A DNA stretch of 64,000 bases, taken from assembly GCF_006345805.1 (NCBI RefSeq), contig NW_021833031.1, forward strand, positions 1-64,000, given 5' to 3'. Below the pieces are notes generated by a model. The model was not told where the DNA came from. It made no database searches and saw only the letters and a list, made by a program, of their open reading frames with translations. The DNA comes from Octopus sinensis. Taxonomy: Eukaryota. The position numbers and the translations under genes were made by a program. Of this stretch, positions 12,067 to 25,733 are shown piece after piece. How positions within the stretch are numbered: position 1 is the stretch's first letter; every line of letters starts with the position of its first letter.

Positions 12067-12370
12067 ATGGGGGTTTCGTTCACAGGCGATCTACACGATT
12101 AGTTACGCTAGGTAAGTACTGTAACGGATTACTAGGGCTCCAAGGATATAGTCCAGAACAATGGTTATGGAGCCATTGCAGATTTCTGATGTAGCGGGTA
12201 TATAATTGTTAAAAAGAGGACAACAAAGATTAAGGCAAATATCTCAAGTCGTATACAATATTATTATTGGAAAAAATTCAGTCTTACAGCTGTTTCTGGG
12301 ATATCCCTGAGAATGAAATATTCCTTTATCAGAGACAAATAGAGAAATAATAAGGAAAATTAGAATGGTA
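12065..12370 (-). mobile_element. Penelope-like tail with near-intact hammerhead motif
   Basis: Minus strand gtct-CTGATAA-A-GGAATAT..ATATCCC-A-GAAAC-AGCT-GTA-agac (12336-12281). Confidence 0.6.
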
Positions 12371-12427
12371 TGATTAGAATAACATTAATATGTACCATTC
12401 TAATATTCCATTTTGCTGTCCTCTTTA

Positions 12428-12458
<31 letters not shown>

Positions 12459-12492
12459 CATACATACACATATATATATATAACATACATAC

Positions 12493-12567
<75 letters not shown>

Positions 12568-12631
12568 GTATACACTCACTCTCACATACTCATACACACA
12601 TACACACACACGCACACCACGCACACACACA

Positions 12632-12677
<46 letters not shown>

Positions 12678-13026
12678 CTAGCTGTTTGACCCAGCATTGC
12701 TCGTGTTTTTCGTGTTTTCCACGTCTGACCTTGTATTGAATAAGTATATCCTTAGAGATTATTCTTTTGGTGTTAGTGAAATTTTTACACGTGAAAAAAT
12801 GAAAAAGCTGCAGGAAAAAGAACATCGTTATGGGAATTTGCATTCAAACGCCCGATTGAACTCACAAAAGTCGATGCCAACTGACCATTATCAAGTTTTC
12901 GAAAAATCACAGGGCATGTGATCTACCTATGTGCCAAAAATCATTAAAAGCGGTTGGACGGTGTGGGAGGATTTCGAGTAACCATAAACACACACACACA
13001 GACAGTATATAGTATTATATATATAA
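12678..13026 (-). mobile_element. Non-autonomous Helitron
   Basis: Minus-strand 3' end: decayed hairpin cacgagcaatgctggg, 7-nt spacer, CTAG followed by T; 5' end tatatataatactatatactgtctgtgtgtg typical of Helitron-N elements. Confidence 0.65.
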
Positions 13027-13469
13027 TATTAAGTTGGCTATTCACAATTTACAACTGAAAGGCAACAAGTGCAAATCGTCACAACATTGACTGAGTGTGC
13101 TATTCAGCACCAGCGTTGCTAGAAATAAGAGTGAAAAGTGCTCGCACGTGGCTAAGAGTTATCTTCTAAGAGACTCTTTTGTTGAATGGCAGCATCAATC
13201 ACTTTAGTGACGACCAATAATGTATATACGTATGTCTTTATTATATATATTGGATCGAATTGAAACGCACGTAGGCTTTATTTTGGCAGTATGTTACTAA
13301 ATTAATTTTATATCCATACCAACTCTCCATTTTTCTTCTTTAATCATATTTATACTTATAATAATCCCATATATATTAGAGAGATATTCGTCAACAGTGT
13401 TGGTGATTAAACCAGTGAAATTTCTTATACTGTAATCCCTGTGTGTGTGTGTGTGTGTGTGCGATGGAG

Positions 13470-13700
13470 TTTCCCGCCGCAGACGATGTATGAGCGTTCA
13501 CCCTTTACGGAACAACCTGCACATATGATTGGTTCATACTGATCAAATGAATGTCCCGTACATTATCTCCCTCTCTCTCTCAAGTCGACGGAGTCTGAAC
13601 AGGTGCAGTGCAACGTGAGATTAATTGTTTTGCTCAAGAACACAACGCACCGCCGGGTCTAGGTCATGAGCCCAACATCCTAACCACTAGACCATACAAT
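13470..13700 (-). mobile_element. OK-like tRNA-derived SINE, diverged
   Basis: gcagtgcaacgtgagattaattgttttgctcaagaacacaacgc..ctaaccactagaccat (reverse complement of head and CORE-like block). Confidence 0.6.
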
Positions 13701-13839
13701 TTCATATATACACATTGAAGCTTTACCATAGCGTCGTAAATGTATCGACTGCTATTTCCAGTAAGCATTGGTGCTTTGTTGTACCACTACTATCTCTCTA
13801 TATGTATACTTTTCTACTCTCTGCGCTAGGCTCGAAGGC

Positions 13840-14218
13840 TTTTTTGGAAGGGGGGCAATCGATTACATTGACCCCAGCACACAACTGGTACTTAATTTAT
13901 CGACCCCGAAAGTATGAAAGTCAAAGTCGACCTCGGCTGAATTTAAATTCAGAATGTAACGGCTGACGAAATACCTATTTCTTTACAACCCACAAGGGGC
14001 TAAACACAGGGAACAAACAAGGACAGGCACACGGATTAAGTCGATTATATCGATCACAGTGCGTAACTGGTACTTATTTAATCGACCCGAGTGCGTAACT
14101 GGTACTTATTTAATCGACCCCGAAAGGATGAAAGGCAAAGTCGATCTCCGCGGAATTTAAACTCAGAACGTAGCGGCATTTCGCCCGGCGTGTTAACAAC
14201 TCTGCGACCTCGCCGCCT
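13840..14218 (-). mobile_element. Meta-domain SINE, two body modules
   Basis: Two gtcga..gaattt.aactcaga modules separated by the cccacaaggggctaaacac linker; internal ~30-bp duplication gtgcgtaactggtacttatttaatcgaccc. Confidence 0.8.
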
Positions 14219-14735
14219 GTCGAAAAATACAGAACAGGTCTAAATATGCACGCATAACCAACTTTGATCTCTATACGTATTTTGTTTCACGATTACATAC
14301 GCATCACTACATATTTCCCCCACTATTCTAGCTTTTGAATTTTTTGTGTATATATATTTTTCCTCCCCACTGAAAGATGAACAATTATCTTCCCTGTCAA
14401 CAATAATAACGATCACCAGTTACCTTCCCTTATATTTTTCTACTTGTTGAATCACTTATTTATAAATTCCACACACAACATGGACAAAATAAATTTTTCT
14501 TGAGAAAATACATAATTAAAATACTTTTAATATCATGATTAGCGAAATCGAAACCGGTCGACAAGCACAATATAAGATAAATAAAAAATATATTAAAACT
14601 ATGTAAAGTGTGTGCAGTTTCCTTCTTTAATTTCTTATATGTATTACAACTCACCACGTGAAGATAATCGAAATTCCTCCCTTTCTGTTACTATATGTGT
14701 GCGTGTGTGTGTATATGTGTGTATGTATGTGTGTA

Positions 14736-14812
<77 letters not shown>

Positions 14813-14935
14813 ATACATAAACCATTTCCTGTGTGTACGTCTACATGTACGACTTAAACTGTACACTTTCTACAGTAGGATTCAATATAAACTGCATTTA
14901 GCGTTTACCACATTTTCCCTTACACATACACACAA

Positions 14936-14969
<34 letters not shown>

Positions 14970-15659
14970 ACAGAAAAAATATATACATATATATATATAT
15001 ATATACATACGTGTATGTATATACGGTTGCTTTTGTTGCATTTAGTCCTTGATCAAACCTGATGGAACAAACCTAAGATGAAAGATACAGTAACCATGGC
15101 AATCACATCTTTTGCTTTCCAGGTGTAATGTAGTATCGCTTCTGTTACTGTCACTATTGCCGTTGTTGTTGGTGTTGTTGTTGTGGTTGTTCAACCCTAG
15201 GTCAACTGTGTTGAAGAGGAACTGTTTGAGAAAATCCAATGAAGTGTGTATTTCATCCTCTTTGTTTTTTGGAATTTGGAAGAGAAGAAATACGATGCGG
15301 CATGAGGAAGGTTTGGCTGCTATTTCTGATATCTAAACTGAACGGCATACAAGACCGCTCGTTGGTCCTTGCTGCCGCTGCTCCTGCTCCTGCTGTTGCT
15401 GTTGATGTTGTTGCTGTTGTTGTTGTTGTTGTTGTCAAGATCGATCGATAAGAATGGATCGATCAATGAATTTCCCACTGGAAATCCGTTATTAATTGTG
15501 TCAACATGTTTCACAGGTGAAGCCAACTGATGGAGCTTTGATTGAGTCGAAACACTTAGAGAGGCGCAATCCCTGCAGACTCACCGCCATCCATTTGTCT
15601 AAGCAGCCATACACACAGCGCCAGCAGTGCATGGCGAATGCGTTACCAGCAGAAACCAT

Positions 15660-16525
15660 CGTCGTCACCATCATTATCATTATCATCGTCATCATCCTCA
15701 TCGTCGTCGTCGTCAACATCATTATCATTACCATCATTTACATCACCATTATCGTTTATATCATCATCGTCGTCATCATCATCATCAACATTATCGTCAT
15801 CATCATCATCGTCATCATCATCATCATCGTCATCATCATCATCATCATCGTCATCATCATCATCATCATCATCATCATCAAGAATACCGGAACCATCTCC
15901 GTCATCTCTGCCACGTCCAACGCGCAATAGTTTCGTCACCCTAGTTCGCTTGTAAACCTTACTTCTTCTCTCGTGATCATTATCATCACAGTCGTCACCA
16001 TCATCATCTTCACGAGCTTACACCTCCTCTCCCCCTTCCCTCCTCTTCCTCATCATCATCACCATCATCATCATCGCCGACTTCATCATCACTATCACTA
16101 CTATCATCGATAGTCATCGTCGCGTTATCGTTATTTACACTGTCATCATCATCATCATCATGAACGCAACCACCGTCCTTTTATTTCCCAGCCCCCTCCT
16201 CACACTCTTCCTCATCGTAAGTCATGGTCATAAACACCACCATTATCACCATTACCATCGTCATCAACATCGACAGCAAATCAACGTTGTAAGAATTAAT
16301 ATTATCTTCATCAATCATCAGATATCCGTATCGATAATTGATTTGTTTGTTTTTTTCGTTTCATTATCGTCGTCATTGTCAACATTCTCGCGGTCATCAT
16401 CTATCATCACCATCAGTCATCGTCAGCTTGATCATCACGATCATCATCATCAGTAATCACCATGATCATCATGATCATCATCACCATCAGTCATCAATAA
16501 GACCATCATGATCCTCATGATCATC

Positions 16526-16556
<31 letters not shown>

Positions 16557-16665
16557 TCGTCACCATCATCATCATCAGTCAGCATCATCATCATCCTCCT
16601 CCTCCTCATCATCATGAGGATCATCATCCTCATCTTCACCACCACCACCACCACCACCACCACGC

Positions 16666-16713
<48 letters not shown>

Positions 16714-16725
16714 TATAAGTGGCTA
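15660..16725. repeat. (CAT)n/(CGT)n/(CAC)n low-complexity region
   Basis: Direct reading; source of poly-H/S/I/D ORFs. Confidence 0.9.
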
Positions 16726-16969
16726 ACGAAGATGAATTGTAAGACTGATTATAAGACTACTTTATAAATCATTTGTCAGACAACGACTTGAGTTCCTAAT
16801 GCTGGATTGCTAAAATCAGTAGATCATCGGAGAAATCGATTTGTGGTATTTAGCTGCATTCCTTTACATCCTGAGTTCAAGTTCCCGGCGAGTCTCAGCT
16901 GGGTTTCTTTGTTTGCATTGGTTTGTGAATTTACAGTTGTATTTTAATATTCCGAACACGTATATTAAT

Positions 16970-17154
16970 CCTTTCTGCTAAAGGCACAAGGCGCGAGACT
17001 CTGGAGGCTGGGGTGGAGGATAAGTCGATTACATCGACCCCAGTGTTTTACTGGTACTTAATTTACTGATCCGGAAGGATAAGAGGCACAATTGACCTCG
17101 GTGGAATTTGAACTCAGAACATAGCGTGGTAACGATTCTGCCAGGTCGCCGCCT

Positions 17155-17233
<79 letters not shown>

Positions 17234-17420
17234 CCTTTCTACTATAGGCACAAGGCCTGAAATTTAGTGGGAGGGGGCCTAGTCATATACATCGACCCCA
17301 ATGTTTCTCTGGTACTTAATTTATCGACTCCAAAAGGAAGCATTTGAACTCAGAACCTAAAAACAAGCGAAATACTACTCAAGCATTTTGTTCGGCGCGC
17401 CAACGTTTCTGTCATTTCGC
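16970..17420 (-). mobile_element. Two Meta-domain SINE copies separated by (AAT)n (17160-17230)
   Basis: Each begins cctttct.cta.aggcacaagg (reverse-complement tail) and contains atcgaccccagt..ctggtacttaattta. Confidence 0.75.
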
Positions 17421-17654
17421 CTTCTTGCAACATGCCTAATATTGCAAACCTGTAAGCATGATTTCGTTCACATTGAAGCTATTAGTACATGAACAAGACT
17501 GCGAAACGGCTGTAACCCAAAGGGTGTCAAGTGGTTTTATCATTTTTATGTTTTATATACTCTTTATGAAATATTTTCATCGATCGGAACTTATGGATTT
17601 CATCCGCATGAACATTCTGTATTAGATTCCTCTGTGTGATGATTATGTGGATGG

Positions 17655-17687
<33 letters not shown>

Positions 17688-17705
17688 ATATTATTTATTA
17701 TATAG

Positions 17706-17802
17706 AAGGAGCTTTACGGACTATACTGTTTCATTCAAGAGAAATCTCAGGTTCTGAAGATTTCTCTTGAATGAAACAGTACTAGTCCTGTAGAAGCTCC
17801 TT
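17706..17802. repeat. ~97-bp fold-back palindrome with hammerhead-like motif in arm
   Basis: aaggagctttacggactatactgtttcattcaagagaaatct / agatttctcttgaatgaaacagtactagtcctgtagaagctcctt, flanked by TA tracts. Confidence 0.9.
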
Positions 17803-17869
17803 ATATATAATATAATTTACTCTGCTATGTATGAGTACCTTACTTACTGGGTTAACCCCGGATCAAGAC

Positions 17870-17914
<45 letters not shown>

Positions 17915-19660
17915 GCATTATATATATATATATGTATTATATATTATATATATGTATTATGTATATATATATATATAATATGTATGAATGTATATTATAT
18001 ATGTATGTATGTGTATGTATGTATGTATGTATGTATGTATAAATAAATATGAACAAACTAACATGTGTCGTTATGAGCGTCGAAATGTGTATAGAACAAT
18101 AAAAATTAGAAGATATATTTTCGAATGCAGAATTGCCGTTAGAACAGTAGAAATACTGTGTAAATTAACCTTACAAAGTGGAATATTGGTGAAATAACTT
18201 TATCAGTGTTGGCAATAAATTTCTTTAGAAATGAAAATGTAAAATAACAAAATAATGTAAAAAGCTCTGCTAACACCGAAGAACGTGATGTTGACTTATA
18301 AAAATATACTTCATCGTATATTATGGTTGAATAACAAAATAACTCGTACCTACAAGTCAGTATTGTCAACTGACAGGCATGGGACTCGAGCATATATTCC
18401 TCGAAGAATCCAGCTGAGTGTTTTACCATTAAGCTAAGCGGTATGCAGACAAATTCATTCGTGATTTTAGACGCTAAATAATTGAATGTCCGACCACGTG
18501 TTTAAATATGAACAAACTAACAAGTATTCAGGGTGGAGTATTGGCAATATTTAATATAAAAGAAGGCGGCAATCAGTTATAACTCCATCTGCAGGATTCG
18601 AACCCATAATTTCTGTCTCCATGTTTTGATGTTTGTATCTAAATAGTTTTTACATTAGGAAAAGATATAAATCTTTAGGTAATACATCCAATAAGAATAT
18701 TATATACTGAATTTATATTGAGTGCTCCATTGTATAAAAATATCAACACTATTAAAGTATTTATATATTTAATACGAGCGATAGATACATATATTTTTTA
18801 ATAAAATATTATTATTATTAATAGAAGGGAATTAATATCCAAACTCGTCGTAAAGATATGCCCGTGTGAAAGGATACACATATCGTAGATATGTATATCT
18901 ACGATATACATACCGTAGGAAAAGATATACATATCGGCGAAGATGCAAAAATGTTGGAAAAGATCCTGTAACATTTTGTCCGAGTTGCACAGGCTCTGTC
19001 TTCATTAAATACGATAAAGAAATCCAGAGAATCTCTGAGCCACCCTTTGGAAACTTATAACTATCTCTGTTACGAAAGTGCATAAAATAAAATGATATTT
19101 AAATAAAAAGACCTAATCTTGGAATGTAAAGTGTTAAAATATCAAAAGACTTAATCAAAATATCATTCTTGTGACGATGATGGTCATAATACAGAAGATA
19201 ACAAACATGTTTCTAGTGGGTTTTGTACAAATCCAGCCAATCATTTTGACGTTGAAGATGGCTGTATTTATTCATTATAAACCTGACGATAACGGATTGA
19301 ATTTTATCTAAGATTTCAGTATCATATTCATGGAGGATTACTCAATATAGCTACATTAACCAAGTCAATCTTCTTACTCTCCGTCTCTCTCGCACTCTCT
19401 CTCTCTCTCTCTCTCACTTCTTTCACCATCTTGCTGTTTTATGTGGGAGAGGTTGGACGAAGGAAAGAATGTGAGAGAGGAAGAGAAAGAAGGAGGGACT
19501 AAGGTGGAAAATGATGGAGAGAAAGGGAGAGAGAGAGAGGGAGAGAGGGGGAGAGATGGAGAAAGAGAAGGAGCGAAGTAGTTGATAGCTTTTCAAAATG
19601 GCAGCTGCATTTCATTTTGATATAGATCTGAATTCAATTAGACATTTTCGTGCTTTCGAA

Positions 19661-19712
19661 ACTACTACTACTACTACTACTACTATTACTACTACTACTA
19701 CTACTACTACTA

Positions 19713-19760
<48 letters not shown>
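19661..19760. repeat. (ACT)n microsatellite
   Basis: Direct reading. Confidence 0.95.
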
Positions 19761-19762
<2 letters not shown>

Positions 19763-20946
19763 TTCTTCTTCTTCATCATCTTTATGTTGTGATTGAAATT
19801 CTTATTAAATGTAAAGTTAATCAGCATCATCGTCGTTATCGTCATACCACCACCACCACCACCACCCCACCACCACCACCACCACCTCCACCACCACCAC
19901 CACCGCCACCATTACCATCACCACCACCGCCGCCATCACAACCACCATCACTACCACCACCAATAGCAATAACAACAATCACTGCCACAACCACCGCTAC
20001 GACCACTTGCACTCGTGACCGCTACCCACCAGCGCCACCACCATCCCGAACTCCCCCCTCACCAGCCAGTCTACATTATGCTTATTATTCAACATTTGAG
20101 AAAACCGACAGAAATGAGAGATCCTTAAGTCACTGCGGGTTTCAAAAGTTAGAAAGTTGTGAAGTAGAAAGCTGAAATGGTGCGTCACACGAGTACTCAA
20201 TCAATGGTGCCGTAGTTCAAGGGACAACGATATGCGGTGTCACAACCAAAGAGGGTGTTAATGAGGTTATTTTGTCGTTATCTTTGAGGAACGAGACTAG
20301 AAAGTGGTGAACGGGGTGGTTACCCGCAGAAACATTTAGTCGGGTGGGATGTTTATGTCCATCGCGGTTCCGATGCGTCTCGACACCAAAAGGCTTTTCA
20401 AAACATCTCTGCATTGAGGCAGCAGTTGTTAGTCAATCATATTGGTGGTGAGGGATGGAGCGGTCAGTTGCCGGAAGGGTGATAGTGAAGGCCACGCGAT
20501 GGGTATCTACCCAGAAGAAGAGGAAAAGAAAGCGAAGCATAGTAGCTGTAGCAGCATCAGCAGCAACAACAACAACAACAACAATAACATTAACAGGTCT
20601 CAGACGGAGTGGCCATGGATGTTGCTACCGTTGTTCCTAGAATGGCACCTGCTTCAGGAATGGTCAGGAGCAGAAGTGACCCAAATCCCTTACTTCTATA
20701 TGCCACTGACATTATGAGCAAGTAATGGCTAAAACAATCCGAGTAACTGTTCCAAGGAAGGTGTTTCGTAGAAGTTACCAGCAGGAATAACAATCGGAAC
20801 GTGGTTCTGCGTTGATTAGAAATGTCAGGAATCTAGCGGAGACTGTAACAGAAGTGAAGGGCGATAAAGAGCGAGGATTTTAGAAGATGGAAGTCTCTTA
20901 GAAAATACAGGAAGACAGCATGACTAGATATAAGGAATTAGCATGG

Positions 20947-21018
<72 letters not shown>

Positions 21019-21199
21019 GGTATCTAAGAGATACCACCATGCTAGATACAGCAGCCAAAACTTGAGTCTAAAACTACATTAAATGTTCATACAGCTCCAG
21101 GAGATAAGACAAAGAGACAAAATAAACTAACAAAATAATTATTTTTCTAGTTTATTTTGTCTTTGTCTTCTCTCTCGGAGCTATATACCCTTAATTATA

Positions 21200-21265
<66 letters not shown>

Positions 21266-23214
21266 CGTAGTCAGAGGTGTAATGGAGATGTGAATAATCA
21301 CAAGTACATTGAGGTTTGATTGGCTCCCGATTGAAAAAGACTGAAAATAAGCCAGTTACATATCTAAACTTTATCTTTTGCAAAACACGTGATGGAAAAT
21401 ATAAGAAAGAATCTGTGCGTAGAGAAAACTACTTTTGGCGATGCCATTTCCGTTTGTTTTTATTATATAGAAACATCTTTCTGGGTGTAGCAAATTTATT
21501 GGTGTATCCCGAAATGAATTGTCGATAAATTTTGAAGACTCTAATATATATTAAAGCAGACCCACACATATGCACATATGCACATATACCCATAAACTCA
21601 TACACGCATCTAAACTCAATGATGCTGGTTTATATCCATAAAAATATATTTTATATTCATTTCCTGTTACCAAAGCAAACATAATTATTTGGGTAAAACC
21701 CCTCTTGATGCTTTAAAACACACAAAATTCAACTTTTACTGTTGAACGAGAAAGTATAAACAATTTATCCGATTTTGACTTAATGAAGGAACAACCTTAA
21801 ATGGGAAATATTTATCGAGATTTTACTTATGGGATATCTTTGAGAGAATGGAAAATTCTTTGTTTGGTTTAGAAGTATCAACTGAGAATTTGAAATCTTG
21901 CTTTCTCTTAAGTACACTTAACAGTGACAGGTGAAATTACGAAAATGACCCATTATCATCGTATTGTACAATACATGAATGATCTTCACGTGTTATATTT
22001 GCAACTCTCTGAATAAAGAGACAACATGTCTGACGAGAAAATCCTATAAAGATCTTGTTAACAGCAACGGAAACGTTTATCTTTCTTTCTGACACTGTTG
22101 GTTGATACCCTCGCCACTAATGTACCGAAGATACGAGATAGCAACACTTACTGAATACGCACAAAGGAGAAATAACAAACATAATGGTGATAGGACATGA
22201 GAATATGAGAATTTTAGATTGCCGAGCTGATAGAAAGTCTTGATAACGGAATCGTCAAAAGATTCCTATTTCTTACATAACATCTGAAGAGCGCCCTGCA
22301 CATGTTTCCTTGATAAATAATCTTAGCTCTTAGCAACAAACCTATTATTGGAATCAATGCAATCAAATTTATCCTACAATGTGGTCCTTTACTGCCGACA
22401 CTTCAGTGGCTGAAACAAAGATAATAACTACAGAATAAAAGAAAACCTATCGTGATAACAATAGATCTTCTGATTGAACCCGAGAAACTGTTTCCATTGA
22501 TTTCCAATTTTATTTTTATTTTCAAAATTTCTGATGTTGTCTGCCGGTCACAGTTGTTGATAAAAATATTACTGTTTTTCGGCAACGGGAGCACAATTTG
22601 AGCCCAGAATCCACAGGGCCGGAACAGTTATAACAAGGTGTACTGTCTATGCTCGAACAATTCTGCTATTCTACCTATAGTCTGGTATTTACCATTACTC
22701 CAGAAAATGCGGAATACAAAGTTGACTATGGGGATATTTTAACTTGGAACCGAGTTTTCCAGTTGAGAGCTGGAAAGAATATTATTCTCTTCCGCAACCC
22801 CATAGTTGAACGACTCCCTAAATCGACTCCTGAAAAATCTAGTTTGATACTAAATATGTTATATGCTCTAAATGAGGGGTTCTTTCATGGCAATCCTCTC
22901 TACAGTTTTCCAAACACTTTACAATGCATATTCGTATTTTACTCCCTGCACGCCATTTTGATTTTAATAAAACATTAAACAGGACAAATATTGTGTTTGA
23001 GAGGGAATAGAGAGAATATACTCTCTCACCAAAACATTCCGTTATGCACACACACACACAGACACATATATATACACATATATACACACATACACACATA
23101 CATACTCATGCACACACACACACACACGCACATAACACATACAAACATACACATACAAGCACACATACACACACGTACGCACACACACGCGCACGCACGC
23201 ACACGCACACACAC

Positions 23215-23570
23215 GCGCACGCACACACACGTATTCACATACGTCTGAGGAGGCGCCTGGTTTAGTGGTTAACGTATTTAGGTCACGATCGTAAGGACAT
23301 GAGTTCGATTCTCAGCGACGCGTTGTGTCCTTGAGCAAGACACTCTATTTCACGTTGCTCCACTCCACTGAGCTCGCAAAAACGAATTGTACCTGTATTC
23401 CAAAGCACCAGCATTGTTACACTCTCACTCACGCTGACTCTTCCATCGAACTACGTGAAGGGTACGCGTGTCTGTGCACTGCTCACCCACTTACACGTTA
23501 ATTTCACGAGCAGTCTGTTCTGTTGCTCGGTTTACCGGGAACACTCATCGTTGTACCCGACGGTGTGTCA
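23215..23570 (+). mobile_element. OK-like tRNA-derived SINE, near full length
   Basis: tggtttagtggttaa (A box), gagttcgattc (B box), gtgtccttgagcaagacac CORE-like block, tail cacgttaatttcacgagcag..gttgtacccgacggtgtg. Confidence 0.75.
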
Positions 23571-23674
23571 CTTTATTCATAACAGAAGATAAAAAAGTAA
23601 GGTATTTCGAAAATAGCTAAAATAACTTCCCCTTATAAAAAATAATTTTATATGAATTTTTTTTTTTTGATACA

Positions 23675-24035
23675 CGATTTGTCTCCATTTGTCTTACATT
23701 TGACGGATATTTGTCCTCTTCTTGTTTGTTGTTAACACAATGTTTCGGTTGATATACCCTCCAGCCTTCATCAGGTGTCTTGGGGGAAATTTCGAACCTG
23801 GGTTCTAATTCCTAAGGTATTTTCGATGTTGTTGTTATAATTAATATTCGGGTCACTGCCTGGAATCGAACTCGCAATCTTGGGGTTAGTAGCCTGTGCT
23901 CTTAAACACTACGCCATATACACGCAGTGACTATGGAGTGAATTTTAGGGCTTATAAATTTAATATTTGCCTATCCTTCCTTAATATCAGTTCCCATAGG
24001 CTACTCATATCTGCACTAGGTCTGCTTAGGAGATT
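23675..24035 (-). mobile_element. tRNA-headed SINE-like unit with hammerhead-bearing Penelope-like tail
   Basis: Minus strand: ~105-bp leader, tRNA-like head (23931-23852: TGGCGTAGTG A box, CTACTAA loop, GTTCGATTCC B box), AT/AAC linker, then acac-CTGATGA-A-GGCTG..CAACC-GAAAC-ATT-gtgt. Confidence 0.75.
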
Positions 24036-24036
24036 A

Positions 24037-24107
24037 TAATAATAATAATAACGATAATAATAATAATAATGATAATAATAATAATCATAATAATAATAAT
24101 AATAATA

Positions 24108-24143
<36 letters not shown>

Positions 24144-24350
24144 TGATAATAATAATAACTACAACATCGAAAAATGCCTTAGGAATGAGAACCCAGGTTC
24201 GAAATTTGCCCAAAACACCTGATAAAGGCTGGAGAGTATATCAGCCGAAATTTTGTGTTAACAACAAACAAGGTGAGGACAAATATCCGTCGAATGTAAA
24301 TAATGTAAATAATGTACGTAATTCCTCATCTCTCAAATATAGAACTGTAT
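24037..24350 (+). mobile_element. Head-less inverted second copy of the same unit, preceded by (AAT)n
   Basis: catcgaaaaatgccttaggaatgagaacccaggttcgaaattt..acacCTGATAAaggctggagagtatatcagccGAAA..gtgttaacaacaaacaag..aggacaaatatccgtc is the reverse complement of 23690-23828. Confidence 0.85.
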
Positions 24351-25559
24351 CTTGTGCAACGTCAGAAATGTTTGCACGAAGCCTACGGTTGCCATTTAAA
24401 TCACTTCGGCAAACTAAACCAAATCAAAGCAGCACAGGAACACGATTACAAATGTATCTTCATGCGGAGTCTGTAAAGGAATTAGGCCGCTTCTAATTTA
24501 GTCTCCGTAGCAAGAGAACACAATTCCTTAGTTTTGTAAAGAATCATTATTTATTGTCAAGTAATGGGTAAAATATTTAATTCAAAACATCACAACGACA
24601 GATTAATGCAGCAATGGGTACGGTGAAATATCATCGAAATGATTAATGTTACTTCAATAATTTCCGCAAATGCAGGAGACAATTTCGAACATGTTTCAGC
24701 CCTATGAGACCTCTTTCGATGTGCTGAATTAGTGATAAAGGAATCAATAGGCATAGAAAATTATTAGATTCCAATGAATAAAGCAGAATTGTTAACTAAC
24801 CGTGAAGCCATCTTCATGAAAATCAATAATGAAATAACAGGGAATATATTTAATGAAGATAAAAAAAATCCAATTAGAAGCGCTACTGTAGCAAATATAG
24901 CAAACATCTCTGAGGTGGATTGGTATTATTATTAGACTTTAATAATTGCGTTAATTGTTAAGCCCTATAAACTGTTGTTTACAACTAAGCTGGCCCGGAA
25001 CGAGCACGCCTATGCTCAAAAGCTCTCCAGCCGTGACATATCACCACATCCAAGTTATATAAACACAATCCTCAAGCTATTCAGCCATGATAAACGGACT
25101 ATCACTAAATTTAGTTTTGCTGTTGTTGGGCAGAATGTCAGCCCCCGTCGATCCCACTTATGATCAAAATCGTTCCAATCATGACTCCATCCACTTTTTT
25201 TCTAGCATTGTGTATCTAGAACTACATTATTCAATGCTTTATTTCTCCTTCCTTTTAATTTTTCAGGCGCCAGACTGTAGTTTGAGAGACATTTGGGTGA
25301 CGTGTCTACTTCCCACGTAGGGCCTAAGTCAATGGCTCGTCTTGAACTTCATATTGTCCAATGGTGGACACAGAATACTGAAACACGAAGACCAGATGGC
25401 ACGTTGAGATCGCCACTGGATTTCATATCAGATTTAAAGCACCAAGGCCTTCAGTTGTAACCATTTTATTACCGAATTTCAGTAGAAATATACTGACCTT
25501 TTTTCAATTAATTTCGATAATAATGGAGAATCTAGTAAACTTTCTTCATCTTTAAGTTG

Positions 25560-25700
25560 GTGTAAGACAGCGAAACGGCAAAATCATTAGAGCGTCGGAT
25601 GAAATACTCTACGGTATCTTTCCGACCCATTATGTTCTGAGTTCATATTCCGCAGGGGCTAAATTTGCCCTTCGTCCCTCAAGGGTTGATAAAATATCAT
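25560..25700 (+). mobile_element. Meta-domain SINE, diverged
   Basis: cggcaaaatcattagagcgtcggatgaaatac..gttctgagttcatattccgc..ttgcccttcgtccctcaagggttgataaaat. Confidence 0.6.
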
Positions 25701-25733
25701 AGCAGTGAAGTACTCGGAGTCATTACTATAGAA

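Noticed and set aside
14533-14562. Hammerhead-like gatt..aatc-GAAAC-CG-GTC (also 24680-24720 minus and positions 1-25)
   Set aside because: CUGANGA core and stem I are missing or cut off by the window edge; at best decayed remnants
15517-15660. Possible exon after tgtttcacag
   Set aside because: Frame runs into a (CAT)n repeat with no donor site or recognisable domain
20597-20722. Possible host exon VSDGVAMDVATVVPRMAPASGMVRSRSDPNPLLLYATDIMSK
   Set aside because: Acceptor lacks a pyrimidine tract, donor is weak, and no recognisable homology
22649-22978. 109-aa ORF, and an RT-like ENNILSSSQ on the opposite strand
   Set aside because: No convincing family motif; spacing inconsistent with RT domains
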